Assembly: GCF_041956535.1 (NCBI RefSeq) | Contig: NW_027192200.1 | Span: 391,477 to 455,476, forward strand | Length of the DNA stretch: 64,000 nucleotides | DNA from: Calcarisporiella thermophila CBS 279.70 | Taxonomy: Eukaryota; Fungi; Calcarisporiellomycota | Direction: 5' to 3' | In this document: positions 35,466 through 47,977 of the stretch, piece by piece | Layout of the letters: the number at the start of each line of letters is the position of its first letter | How positions within the stretch are numbered: position 1 is the stretch's first letter | Program-made: the position numbers and the translations under genes | Notes under the pieces: model-generated | Seen by the model: the letters and a program-made list of their open reading frames with translations, nothing else | Told to the model about the DNA's origin: nothing | The model's database searches: none

Positions 35466-38400
35466 TCAACCAAAGGTCTGCGAAACCCGGGTGTGCCGCT
35501 TCATCTTGCTGAGTCGCCACTCGTTTGGCTTCTCGTATTTGTTGTAGAGCGGCTCGACCCGCTCTTGTCTCTTGCGCTTGCTCATCTTGTACGCGTCGGC
35601 GACCTTGAAGAATCGAGGGGCAAACTCCGTCAACCACTTGGGCTCAATGGCCGTCACCTCGCGCATGTACTCTTTGGAGGTGAGCACCAATTCATGGTAG
35701 ATCACCCACTCGGGATTTTTGTTGTAGAGCGCGCTCGACGGATGGATGTAGACGGGGGTGCCTTCGACGAGGGTCTTATAGCCCTCTTGGGGATCCTTCT
35801 TAGCGGCATTTCGGAAGAAACCACCCACTAGTGCCCTTCGCACACGATCATAGTTGCGCCCACAGGAAACAATGTCGTGCTTGTAGCGGTCCATGATTCC
35901 CAGCAGCTGCTTCCGCACGTCTTGCGCTCGCTTAAGGCTGCGTGCCTGTATAAAGTTTTCGTAACACCATGCATTCGAAAACTTACTCGCCTTCCATGCA
36001 TTATATACGGCAAGCAGGGTCAAGTGGTCGCCCTCCGGCTGATGAAATTTGGCTTTGCGCTGGTCAGCCTGCGACTGCTTTTCCTTGGGGCGATAGAAGA
36101 TGGTTTGATCGGAAGAGAGCATCGCGACGATGCTCAAAATTTCGTCCGAACATCCCAGCTCCACTGAGAGAATCAACATCTTCGACAGGGGCGGATTCAA
36201 CGGGAACTCGGCCATCTTGCGTCCGAGGCGAGTCAGTAGCCCCTCGTCGTCGAGGGCACCAAGAGCATATAGCTGCTCGAGGGCAGTGATCATCGTCTGC
36301 ATCGGGGGAGGGTCCATGAAATCGAAGTTGATCAAGTCGTTGATGCCCATGGCTTTGAGGGTCAAGACGCGGTTCGCTAGATTCATGCGTTGAATTTCAG
36401 GTACCGGGTTCGGAAGCATCTCATTGCGGAAGGCTGATTCGGTGTACAGTCGGTAGCATTTCCCAGGACCGGTGCGCCCAGCACGGCCTGCGCGTTGGTT
36501 TGCTTGGGCTTGGGAGATGGGCACCACGACCAGCGAATCCATCCCCAGTTTAGGGTCATATGAATTTTGCTTCACAAATCCTGGGTCCACCACATAGTAG
36601 ATGCCATCGATCGTGATCGATGTTTCCGCAATATTGGTCGCAATCACGACCTTCCTAGTGCCAGGCGGAGCAGGTTCAAAAATACGCGACTGCATCTCAC
36701 TTGGAAGAGCAGAATACACAGGCAAGATAATCAGTTCGGGCACGTCCGAGCCCAGAGCTTTCATCCGTTCATACAGAATCTCACAGGCAGTGTCAATCTC
36801 CTCTTGACCCGTAAGAAACAGCAGGATGTCACCCGGCGGTTCCGAGAGATGGATCTGCATCACAGTAATAAGCGCAGCATCAAGGTAGTCCGACTCGGGC
36901 TCTTTCGTGTACAGCTTCTCGACCGGGAATGTGCGTCCAGGGATGGTGAAGATGGGACAGTTGAAAAAAAACGACGCAAATTTCTCTGCATCCAGTGTTG
37001 CAGAGGTTACGATGAGTTTTAGGTCGGGCCGCTTCCCGCTTGCAATAAGTTTTCGTAGCAGCCCAAAGAGCACATCTGTGTCCACGGTGCGTTCGTGCGC
37101 CTCATCGAGCATGATTACCGAGTATTGCGATAGTTCCGTGTCCACCAGACACTCACGCAACAGCATACCATCCGTCATGTATTTGATCTTTGTCGCAGGG
37201 CTTGTGCAATCCTCGAAACGAATTGAATAGCCCACCTCCTCTCCTAACCGGCATCCCACCTCCTCCGCCACACGTTTGGCCACGGACATGGCGGCAACAC
37301 GACGGGGCTGAGTGCATCCGATCTTGCCCCGATTCGCGAACCCCTCTTCAGCAAGGTACTGTGTCATTTGCGTGGTTTTGCCCGACCCCGTCTCCCCCAC
37401 GACCACCAGCGCTTGGTTGCGGGTGATGGCCTCAACCAGTTTCTGTCGCAGCTTGAATATTGGTAGGCTTTCTCGCTGCTCTTGGATGGACATGTTGGTG
37501 ATTTTGCCGAAACTTGTCGCAGCACCAAACGTCTTCTTTTTCCACTCGGGCAACTGGCCCGCTCGTAGGCCACCTGCTGCTCCTCGCAGATCTTGGGCAA
37601 AGTGGCGTTCGTTGTTGGCCGCCATCGGGTCGAGCCATGGCTGGTTGATATCGCGAGGCATTTGCGATTCGTCCTGTTGCTGTTGCTGTTGCTGGCGGAG
37701 CTCGCGTCTCTCTTTTGCCAAGGCTGCACCCGCTAGCGCAGCACGATTCATGGTACCATCTGGGGCCTTTACTACCTTAACTGGACTCAGTTCGAGGGAC
37801 CGTTTCGTTTGACCCCGTAAGAAGGGGGGCTCCTCTTCCTTCAGTTCAATATCGAGCTCTTCCTCCGCTTCTTCTTCCTCATTTAGAACGAAGCCTTGCT
37901 CTTCATCATATCCAGGATAATCCTTCGGATCGAGGGCACCCGCCGCAATAAGTTGCTTAATCTCCCAGCGCTCAGGGGAAGAGAGACGTTTGACGCGGGA
38001 GCGGCGATCATCGTCCCTAGACATTCTTGTTGATTGTGCATCCTCATGACTGATGGCAGGGCGATCAGGATTACGTGGTCTTGATGAAATCAAATCTTCG
38101 GCAGTTATCTAGAGTGGTAAAAAAGTCATTAGAAACCCAGATCTAGACCTTCACGACTGCGATCTATATGCATACCCAAAGGGGATTATCAGGAAACGAT
38201 AAACCAGGGAATTTTTGCCTCTTTTGCTTGACATCATCGAAACTTGAATCTGATCCATTTGTCTTGCGCTTTCCTTTGTCCTTTCGGGGCTTAAGAGTGT
38301 GGATAATACGATCCAGATTCTCTATGAAAGATTCAGGGAAATCGGCCTCCATCTCTTCTAATTTCTTTTTGAAATCGGCAAGATTCTTTGATTTTCCATG

Positions 38401-38600
38401 GAGATGAATAATGAATTCAGCTAATGAAAATTGTAACAGAGAATATGAGTACGATTGTTTAATTACATGGAAAAATGAAAGAATCAAGACAGATCATGAG
38501 ACATACCTAACACTTTGTCATTTGTTCCGGTATGATTAAACAATTCGCTCATCACCTTCGACACGAGCGAGAGGTGCTCGAACTGCTTTAGGTCATCCAT
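35466..38600 (-). CDS. PRP22: Pre-mRNA splicing DEAH-box RNA helicase Prp22/DHX8
   Basis: N-terminal [16 protein letters not shown]...DKVL|[42 protein letters not shown]2/OB domains, [15 protein letters not shown]. Confidence 0.97.
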
Positions 38601-38788
38601 TGTCAAAATGGACAAATGTGTACGAACTGAGCAGAAATAGAAACCCTTTGAAATTTGTAGAGTATATGTGTACATATATACATATATACATGTAGTCATT
38701 TAGGTTAGAAACCTAATGCTCGGTTTCGATCCATTCGAATGAATTCAAAACACATATCGAGAAAAGTGTTTATTTATTAACAATACAA

Positions 38789-39435
38789 TTATTCCTGTTT
38801 AGCAGCAGCGACGGCACGGGCACCGCGGACTTTCTTCACAGGGTGGGACTTGACGGGCCTCTGGCTGGCATAGATGGCAGAGACGCGAGCAAGAGCAGCC
38901 TAGTGCAGAAAAAGTAGTTCAAGTTAATTCTGACACCATGACAGGTGGAATTACTTAATCTACCTGATGGAGATCAGGACGATAGCCGGACCGACCAACA
39001 ACGTTAGCAACCGAGCGAGCAGACCTGCGCACGCCTTTAGTGAGGGGGGCCTTATTGATGCCATTGGCAATAAAGCCAGATTTGCCCTTCTTCTTGGTGG
39101 ACAAGATGACACCCTTTCCGGTAGGGTTGGCATCAATGGCAACGACCTATGTAAACGGAACAATTCACCGAGTCAGAACGGGCCACACAAAATGATGCGA
39201 AGGCACGATGAGGGACACGATTTCCATTTTGGCCAATATTGTCCAATCATATACACCCAAGGCCATCCCCCTATCCAAGCGAATTTCATCTTACCTTCTC
39301 GTTGGCAAGGCCAGAGTACTTGAAGGAGTTCAAGTTGGTGAGATTTCCGGGCTCCTTCGAGAACTCGACGCCCGCGCGCTTAACAAGGAACGAGTTGTTC
39401 GCCTTGATGACTTGCCAGACGAGATCAGCCGACAT
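38789..39435 (-). CDS. RPL28: 60S ribosomal protein eL28
   Basis: [20 protein letters not shown]...[23 protein letters not shown]|...YRPDLHQ|AALARVSAI. Two introns. Confidence 0.93.
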
Positions 39436-39760
39436 TTTCAAACGTTTTTTTATTCCCAAGGAAAAAAAACAAGAGAAGAGAGAGAAGGAACCATCCACCG
39501 ATGTTAGTGCATCCCCTTTCAAACCCTCTTCGAAAAGCGTAAACAAACTTCAGAAATTATGCGAGAGCTGAAATCTCGCTGCGCCTTCAAGAATGCTATC
39601 CTAATTTTAGCTCACCTTTTTTTTTCTTCCGTGCGCATTCATCATTCTTCGTCCATTCATCCCTATTTTTAAGCCTTTATCTTTTAAACTTTTTTCATAC
39701 TTTCCACTGCGTTCCAAAGCATAATCACCCATCAATCTCTCTTTACTCCCTTAGCAAGCA

Positions 39761-40751
39761 ATGCGCTTCCTCTTAATTCTCCTTGTCGCGCTGCTGTATG
39801 TCGTCATAACTGCCGCTCAGCAGCCCGATCAGCAGCAAGCTAATCAGCAACAGCAAGGAAACCAGCAACAGCCAGGTCAGCAGCAAGGACAGCAGCAAGG
39901 ACAGCAGCAAGGACAGCAGCAAGGACAGCAGCAAGGACAGCAGCAAGGACAGCAGCAAGGACAGCAGCAAGGACAGCAGCAAGGACAGCAACAAGGACAG
40001 CAGCAAGGGCAGCAACAAGGTCAACAGCAGGGTCAACAGCAAGGTCAGCAGCAAGCTAACCCGCAGCAAGGAAACCAACCACCACCTCAAGGTCAGCAGC
40101 TTGGTCCCACCCAAGCTAGTGGTGCTTCCTCTCAGAGCGGTGCAAATCCTCCGGCCACCAAAGCTATACCCCCTAATGCCCCCCCTGGCCAAGCCATCTT
40201 CGCAACCCCCACCCTCAATCCTTCTTTTCCCGCGCTCTATGCAATTGGAAATAACGTTACCTTTGTATGGAGCTACACTAACCTTCTAGTGGCACCCACT
40301 GCCGTCAATTTCGAAATCGTGAACTCCAATTCCGTTACCTACCCCGTTTCACGGAACATGAGTGCAGCTGTGACGAGTGTCGTGTGGGATACCAAGAATA
40401 TCGGCCAGGAATTACCTCCGCTTGCCGAAGGTTTTTACACTGTCAACCTGTATGATCCTAACCAGACAGGCGGACCAAAGTTCCAAGCCGGCGCTGGATT
40501 ATTGTTACCCGAGACACGGCTGCGAATTGGCATGTACAACAAAGAGCAATACTTTGACCGATCGAACCGTAAGTTCCTTTAGATTTCTTCCTCCTCTGCT
40601 ATGGTTAGAATATGTTTACATATCTTCCTTTATCTTTCCTCATTTAGCTAACTCTGTTATCTATGGCGGAGGATCTCTTCTGACTCCAATCGTTACTCTC
40701 TTTGCCATCTCCACTGGAACCGCCATGACCTTCCTCTATTTCATTTTATAA
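39761..40751 (+). CDS. Secreted, C-terminally membrane- or GPI-anchored protein with (QQQG)14 repeat and beta-rich fungal domain
   Basis: Signal peptide MRFLLILLVALLYVVITAA, Q/G repeat, domain YAIGNNVTFVWSYTNLLVAP...VVWDT...YTVNLYD, hydrophobic tail after an intron at about 40569-40648. Confidence 0.8.
39878..40045 (+). repeat. 12-bp coding tandem repeat (CAGCAGCAAGGA) x14
   Basis: Nine perfect units at 39878-39985 followed by five synonymous variants. Encodes QQQG. Confidence 0.95.
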
Positions 40752-41521
40752 GCGATAAACGATAAATCCGGGACTCTCTTTGTTATTTTCCTTTTTTTTT
40801 TTCTCTCTCTATTTTATTTCAGCATTATTTCAATATCCTATCATAGCTGTATAGTTTTCCGTATGTTTAAATATCACCGTTCTAGAATGTGACTCTAATG
40901 TGTAGCGTTGATTCAATAAAAAAGGAATCATCCTCTGCATCGATGGGCAGATTGCTGATTTGCAATGGATTCTTCAAATTGCCTGCTCCTTCTACTTTCG
41001 CATCGATCCTGCATTTTGAACAAATTTTTCGGGCACTACCGCTTCAGTGGCCTAATTTGAGGCTAAAAAATTGGAGGGATAGGGTAAAGAAGTCAATTTA
41101 TGTTATCTACAGGATAGCATAGCTCATTAGCGTTGAGAAATGATACAATATATAACAATGTGTTTGCGTATGGTGAAATAGGGAGGTTCGGTTTAGAATG
41201 AATAACTTGGGTATAGGTCGAAAGAAGATATCACTGAATAATTATTTTTATATCAAGTAGTTCGGGACTAGCCTCAGCTTCAAACTTTGTCAAGGCAAGT
41301 CTCCCACTGAAATACGCTCGGAATGACCATATTCCTTTTACTTCAGGAGGAAGAGCAACCATTGACCCGTTTTTTTGTGGGCATTTCTTTCTATCTGATA
41401 GAGGTAACAAATTACAAAAGGAAAAAAGGGAAACGTATATGTCAAAGAGAAAAAATTAATAAAAAACGTACACGTGTAATAAAAAAGTGTCCTTGAACAT
41501 GATTGTAGAGGCAGGGGTGAT

Positions 41522-42054
41522 TTACTGTGAGCCCTCGTTGGATAGACGCAACCAGAAGTTCGTAATAACCGCAGCAAGCAAGAACACACACAGCAGCGTA
41601 GGACCCAGGCGATCATCGTAAGGCCCAATCTGGCGTGTTTTTATTTTCTCAGCCCTCCAATGAAACGTGATTAGAGCATATATCTAGTCAATTGAAAATG
41701 AATCAATCACGCCAGCCAGGTCCAGGAATGCGGAAAAAAATGGACTCACCATGACAAGCATGGCTACGAAAGTGAAAAGCGCCGCCGAAATCCGCCCCAC
41801 TCGATCTGAGAAGTTGAGAAGGCCGATAGCGAGTCCGCCCACAATGACACTGAACTGGAGCCAGGAAAGAAAGGTTCGCTCATTGGCGAAGAACACCTTG
41901 GGCTAAAGATTAGGAACAAAGAATTAGCCCCGCATGGCGTTGCATCGGGCAAATTTGACAGGCTGGCCATGCCCTAGAAATCAATCGGCACGCAACCTAC
42001 CTCAACACGGACGGGCAGCGCGATTCGCTTTTGAGGCTGGTCGGTCTGCGACAT
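41522..42054 (-). CDS. VTC1: Vacuolar transporter chaperone subunit Vtc1 (polyphosphate synthesis complex)
   Basis: [10 protein letters not shown]|[15 protein letters not shown]...|[14 protein letters not shown]...[12 protein letters not shown]. Confidence 0.96.
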
Positions 42055-42780
42055 TGTTGGGATTGGGAAATGGCTCTGGAGAAAGCTGTGTGGGAGAGAA
42101 GGGGAAAATTAAAAAAAGAACGAGATTTGAGGCCGGGAATTTTCCATACATTGGTGCGCTGCAGCGGAGTTGGCGAGTATTAAAAAAACAAATTTCACGA
42201 TTTGGACACCATATATTTTCCCATAAGTGTATCGCGTGCACTCGACGACAGGTGTTCAAGTCGAGGTTGATGAGAACACCGACCTGGCTCTGTATCACAT
42301 AGCTAGCTCAGTCACCTCAAGTGTCTCTAGAGACGGCCGATATGAGCCAGCACTACGGCTCTGATATAACGGTTCTGCGCGCTTATCTGAGCCAAGCCTT
42401 CCAGCAACAGTGTTTGATAATAATATTAGGGGATTGCCAGGCACGTTCCACGGCAAGGCATCTTGAACCCAAGTTGATATTCGACCAACTGTAGCTGGAG
42501 CGCAAGGTTAATTGCAACATCCTACATTCAGTGGAAGGAGGAACGTGCCTTCAACACCCTCAAGTGCCTTGACCTTGACCCTCAAACTCTCTAGGGCCGA
42601 TATCGGCAGGAGTAGAGACGACGAAACGCCAAATGTTACCATTATAAACTTTATTCAAATGAACGAGAAAGAAGTCCAAGAAAATCCCGAGCAACGAAGG
42701 GGTTGTTATACAAGGTTTAGGAGTTTCAATCAATGCAGATTGCTCTCTTGGCGTCCTCTCTATATAACCATCCCTTATCC

Positions 42781-44176
42781 TTAGGGCAAAGCGACAGTTC
42801 CTTCACTACGATAGGCTCCACTCTTTTCATGGCTAAATCGCTTTGAAATCTGCACACTAGACACTCGATAAGAACCGAAGTCCGTATCACCAAAGCGTGA
42901 GATTATAGGTCTTGCATCGAAGGCGATCCGGCCGCCAGGCTTGCCATGGTTCCCCGGGGCTTGTTTGTTGAACGATTCCCGATACTTGGTGTTGACGAGG
43001 GTTACATGGGGCTACCAAGAAACTATCAGTACAGACCCAGTATATTCGTGAAATAGGGTCTCGAATACCAACCTTCAGTGGCTTGTCCTCCTCCATATAT
43101 CCACCCTTAACGAACTTGTCCCTCAACAATTCTAGCATGTATATCACAGTTTGAGCTATTTCAGTATCACAGAAAAATAGAATGGGATAGTACCGCATAG
43201 TTTTTCCATTGCCTCTCCCTCCACTTTCGCATACAGCACGTGTGCATTGCTAGGATCCGTCTCCATCACTCGCACGCCTTCCACATTCACTCTCACACTC
43301 CTTGTTCCAACTGCATCATATATTTCCTGTGCGCTCTCCTTCAGCAGTCGAACACATCCTTCGATTTCCTTCTGCGATAGCAACCGAAGCATTCCTACCG
43401 TGATATGGAGAGATCCGGTTGGAACTAGAATCGTGGAATCGAGCCCACGCACATTGAGCGCAAGTATATCGCCATGAAGAGTGCTAATGCGTCGGATGAG
43501 AGCAGGGTCGGAAAGAGGAAGGGAAATGAAATGAGTGAACGGAATCTTCGACCTAGACTATAAGCGAAGCATTCCATGAAAAAGAGGGCTCCATTTTTTA
43601 CAACAAAAGTCGACATTTACTCGCTCAATAATGTCCTCGATTCGAAGTTTAGCGGCTTCTGTAGATTCCCTGGTTCCTCGAATAACTTTGAACCAACTAC
43701 TTTTAGCATTCCTCCCTGATGAAGTATTTTCCTAAAATTTGCATACTTATTAAGTCCTGTTCTTTCTGTATGTTTACTTTCGCACCAGTCTCCTTTTGAA
43801 TCTTATTGATAGCTTCTCCCCCACGACCTAATTAGCGTAAGAATAAAGAGTATATAACGGCCACCAGGTGTGATTATAGGGATGAATACGAGACGCACCG
43901 ATTATAAATCGGTGCATTGCCTGCACCACTTCCATTTTGACACTAATAATCTGCGTATTGCTCTTTGTTTCATTATCAGTTAGTTTTCCCGCGTTATCTG
44001 TAGTCGAGTTAATATTAACATTCTGCCTATTTGCGTTGAAATTCTGAACTACCTATGTTAATGCTTTGGACTTCGGGCACTGGTATAGTATTGGTTGGGA
44101 TCCTAAATGTGCGGCCATGCAGCTCAATCAGCGTTATACCGCGCATACATGGGGCGTTCTCGGAATCTGAATACAT
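42781..44176 (-). CDS. ASCC1: ASCC1-like protein (KH domain plus AKAP7-type 2H phosphoesterase)
   Basis: N-terminal LIELHGRTFRIP, KH loop RFII|GRGGEAINKIQKETGAK, FTHFISLPL, 2H motifs HITVGML and HVTLVNTKY. Confidence 0.85.
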
Positions 44177-44365
44177 ATTCCAATAAGCACGATATTAAGA
44201 AGCGCTCCAATTCCAAACTGAAGGCAGAGAGCGTGTTCCTTGAAGCTACAGTTCTCCAGCCGATATTAATTTGTGACTATTCTATTGTAGATAGACAGAA
44301 ATAAGTGGGCATATGGAGGATGCTTTAACTCTTTTAGCTTTGCCACTTTAATAAAATTCGAGGAA

Positions 44366-45563
44366 ATGTCTTCGAGAATAACCTCGGCCATTGTCCCAGT
44401 ATGCCGCACATTCACAACTAAATCCGCAAATAAAGGGAAATTATTCCGTTTAAAAACGCCCTCTAACGGTAGGAAATTAACAGATTTTGAACGTAAAGTG
44501 TTATCTAATCCCTATGGTAAGTACTATGTAATTGAAAATATTGCAACTGGAATAAGAAGTGGGCATTTTTTTTTTTTTAACCTTTTATATTTTTTTTCTT
44601 GCATTCCAATTAGTTGCCGCGTTGTCATCTCCTCTTCGTCATTGCACATATCACGATCGCGTCTTTCCCAATGGTATCTAAAGTCGGGTTTTATTTTATT
44701 TTTTATTTACGCTAGTTGCTAAGAGAGAAAAATCTTGTAAATGCATTGTAGCATTCTTGACGCGGTTCATCGAAGCGTACGACCCTTCATCCAACCGCAT
44801 CTGGATTGTCCCTGATACTGATAACTCAAGAGAAGGCTATGGGAGATGGTGCAAGTTTCGTGCAAAAACAATCGAGGCACTTTACAAAGACGGTAAATAT
44901 CCCTTACCCAGCTTTTTTCGAGTTCCTTTGTTGATGGAGAAACGCTGTTTTTGACCATTAGATAGATATAAATTAATCAATCCTACGGCCTATTTCCGAT
45001 CAGACATGCCCTTGCATATTTGGGAACGCTCTCTTTCCCATGCTCGCGACACTCTGCATCGCACTGTTCTTAGATGCAGAACTCGAGAGGCCGAGCTCAG
45101 GAAAAAAGATAGAGATAGAAACAAGAAAGTGAAAAGAGGGTGGACGAGATATTTGCTGCCTATGAAGTGGGCAGAGGGAGTATGGAGGAGTGAAAGGGAA
45201 CAAGAGGTACGGGGAGTGACGTGTGTGCTCTCCATTCCGTCCGCTACGTTTCCTTCCAACACAAATATACCCCTCGCACAGGAACACTCGCCAAGTGCGT
45301 TGCCAGAATTAGAAGAGGTTTTCTCTATTTCCCCCCTCCACTATTACTCGAGAGGCGCGTTGAAGCAATGTCATGCGCCCACTTACGATCTAACGACGCT
45401 GTTCGGGGAGCAGCAAGCCGCCTCGCTTTACCGTTGGATTGCGGGTGAAGATTATTCAGATTCAGTCCAACACGGCGGCCATCTTGGAATAGGAATTGCT
45501 GCTGAGCCATTCACACGCGAATTGGGCCTATGCTTATGGCGTCTGCACTTGTATCTTCAGTAG
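44366..45563 (+). CDS. Conserved fungal mitochondrial-type protein, possibly Rrg8-like
   Basis: Basic presequence-like N-terminus. Spliced motif LSNPY|VAALSSPLRHCTYHDRVFPN|AFLTRF. C-terminal LGLCLWRLHLY. Family assignment tentative. Confidence 0.5.
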
Positions 45564-45638
45564 ACACAAACGGATTAAATAAAGTGCTATATTTATTGAT
45601 TAAAAAAGGTGTTCACTTCTTTGTACAAAGATTGGCGA

Positions 45639-47781
45639 TCATGGTGCCGAACCACCGTTAGGGGGGTTCCGTGGGGGAATCTGATAATTGGCAGTGCCTG
45701 GATATGCACCGTAAGAAGTTTGGGGTGGCTGCGGAGCCTGCTGAACATTGGCCAGAATATTATAGAGTTGCGACACGGACGGGATATTTAAAGCGGGTTG
45801 CTGCGGCTGTGGGGGCTGCTGCGGTTGCTGAACAGGATACATTGGTTGGGTGGGGACTTGAGAGGGAAACTGGGGTTGCTGGGCTGGATACCCGGATTGC
45901 ATCGGAGGCTGTGGGCTATAGGCAGGGTAGGACTGGTGTGAAGGAGGAGCATAATATGACGGCATATATTGCTGGTGCGGAGGTGGGGGCGGGTGATGCA
46001 TGGCTTGGTGGGAAGGAGTTGGCTGGTGATAGGATGGAGGGCGAGGATGATAATTTGGCTGCGGGTGGCGTGGTGGTGGATGATGGGGTTGCTGGTGCGG
46101 ATGGTGTGGTTGGTGTGGGCGGCCATGTCGGCCACGTCCACGAGCTTGAGGAGGGCGCGGATGACGCGGAGGTGGAGCGGAGGATGGATAGGAAGAAGTG
46201 CTGTCTGGCGAGTATAGGTTGCTAGGGCGCTGGAGAATTTTATAATCGTGGTCATCCTCATGCGGTCTATTATAAAAAAACTGTTAACAGTTTTCTCTGT
46301 CAGCAAGTCTGGATCCCTCTACTTACTCTGCTTTGCCACCTCGTGCCTTCCTGTTCTTCTTAAGTTTACGTTTATGTTCCGCCTCCTTTTCATCATCCGA
46401 GAACTCCATTTCCTATATCAAACAAAACATTAGTACACTAGGCCTGGCGAATCGCCGAGAAATGCCGATCTAAGCTGACCTCTTCTCCAACTTCCTCGTC
46501 GTATATGTTACTAGCGTCCGAACCCTTCTGAGCCTTTAATGCCTGAGTAAACACAAAGGATGCATGCTCCTTGATGTAAAAGACCTTGCGACCGGGGAGT
46601 ATATCCTCAGCGGATTCTTGCGAGGTTGGGATCAGAACAGAGTACATCGGATTGGTGACCGGACCAAACGTTTCGAATATCTATGCAGAGAGAGGTATCA
46701 GTACAGTTCGATTTCCACTTCAACTTGGGATTGCTCCATTACCGAGCCCAGGATCTCCTTGTTCTCTAACACCAGCACACTCCCCGTGTCCAATACCATG
46801 TAATCGCCCGATACGTTTCCTCGGATAACCACCACATTGGATACTTTGTGCTGCACTTCCCCAAGCTCGACCAATGTCATGTCCTCGGTGATTTCCAAAT
46901 TCGGTTTCTCCACCTCGATCACGGCAATTTCATTGCGGGTGCGCAACACGCCATTCCCAATGGCATCTTCATCCTCGTCCTCGTCCATAGCGTGACTGTT
47001 GTTATTTTCTGCAGCGGCGCCCTCATTGTCCGAGCTAACGCTAGAGGTTAGTTTCCGCTGATATAGCAGAACAAATCAACTGGATGCCATACCTTGAGCT
47101 ATCCGATGAGCTCTCCTCGTCACTACTCTCCAAGTCGCTTGACTCATAATCCTCCTCGCCAATACTCTTGCCCTGTACTGCATTGGCAATGACACGGTCA
47201 ATATTATCTTCAGCGATATCCATGCTTGTTTGTTTTTCATTTAGATCGTTTTCAGTTTTCGTATGTGCCTGCTGTACATCGGGAGGGTTGGAAGGCAGAG
47301 CCTCACTGGATTTTTGATCGGTGCAAGAATGAACTTGATCAGTTCGCATCATAGTAGGAGGTGGGACGGAAATATCCTCAGGCATAGCGTTCATGCTATT
47401 CAATGAGTGGGGGATGGATTGATGAGAATTTCGTTCATATTGCGATGTCTCCTCTGAAGGTCTTGTTCCAGGCTGCGTACCAAATTCAGAAGCAGAATGG
47501 GATGCGAGTTGGTCCCGATTAACAGAGTTTGACAGGTCAGACAATGTCGATGTCGTTGAAGGAAAGGCATTGGATTCTCCGGGTATGTCCACCGTGGGCT
47601 GACGAGGGGAGGATTTGTTTTGATCTGTAGAGCACTCTATTCCGCTGACCTCTGCTGACATTGTAGCACGCCCGTTTTTATCCATTGGTGTTTCTATAGA
47701 TACCTCAGCTGAAATTGAGGGGATTTCTTTAGCCGCTAATTCACCATTTTGAGTCTCATGAAAGGATCCTGAAGTGTCCAT
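45639..47781 (-). CDS. NAF1: H/ACA snoRNP assembly factor Naf1
   Basis: Acidic Ser-rich N-terminus, Gar1/Naf1 domain (LRTRNEI, VLDTGSVLV, IFETFGPVTNPMYSV), KGSDASNIYDEEVGEE|EMEFSDDEKE, Pro/Gln-rich tail. Confidence 0.92.
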
Positions 47782-47977
47782 GCCCGTCTTTATATAATCT
47801 TTATATATACAAAAGGAAATGATAGAGCATAATCGAGTGAGTGGCAAAGTAGTCCTTATAAATGTAAACACAGTCACAATTCACAATCTGATTCTACTCG
47901 AATCCTTATCATATATCTAATAGTTGCACTCCATCGCGTTATCAGTTCCTTGATCTATTCATTTTCACTAATCTATA

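Noticed and set aside
39148-39292. Box C/D snoRNA in the longer RPL28 intron
   Set aside because: No clean RTGATGA box C. The CTGA is better explained as the CTGAC branch site.
39878-40045. Tandem array as CRISPR-like repeat
   Set aside because: No spacers. It is an in-frame coding microsatellite in a eukaryotic gene.
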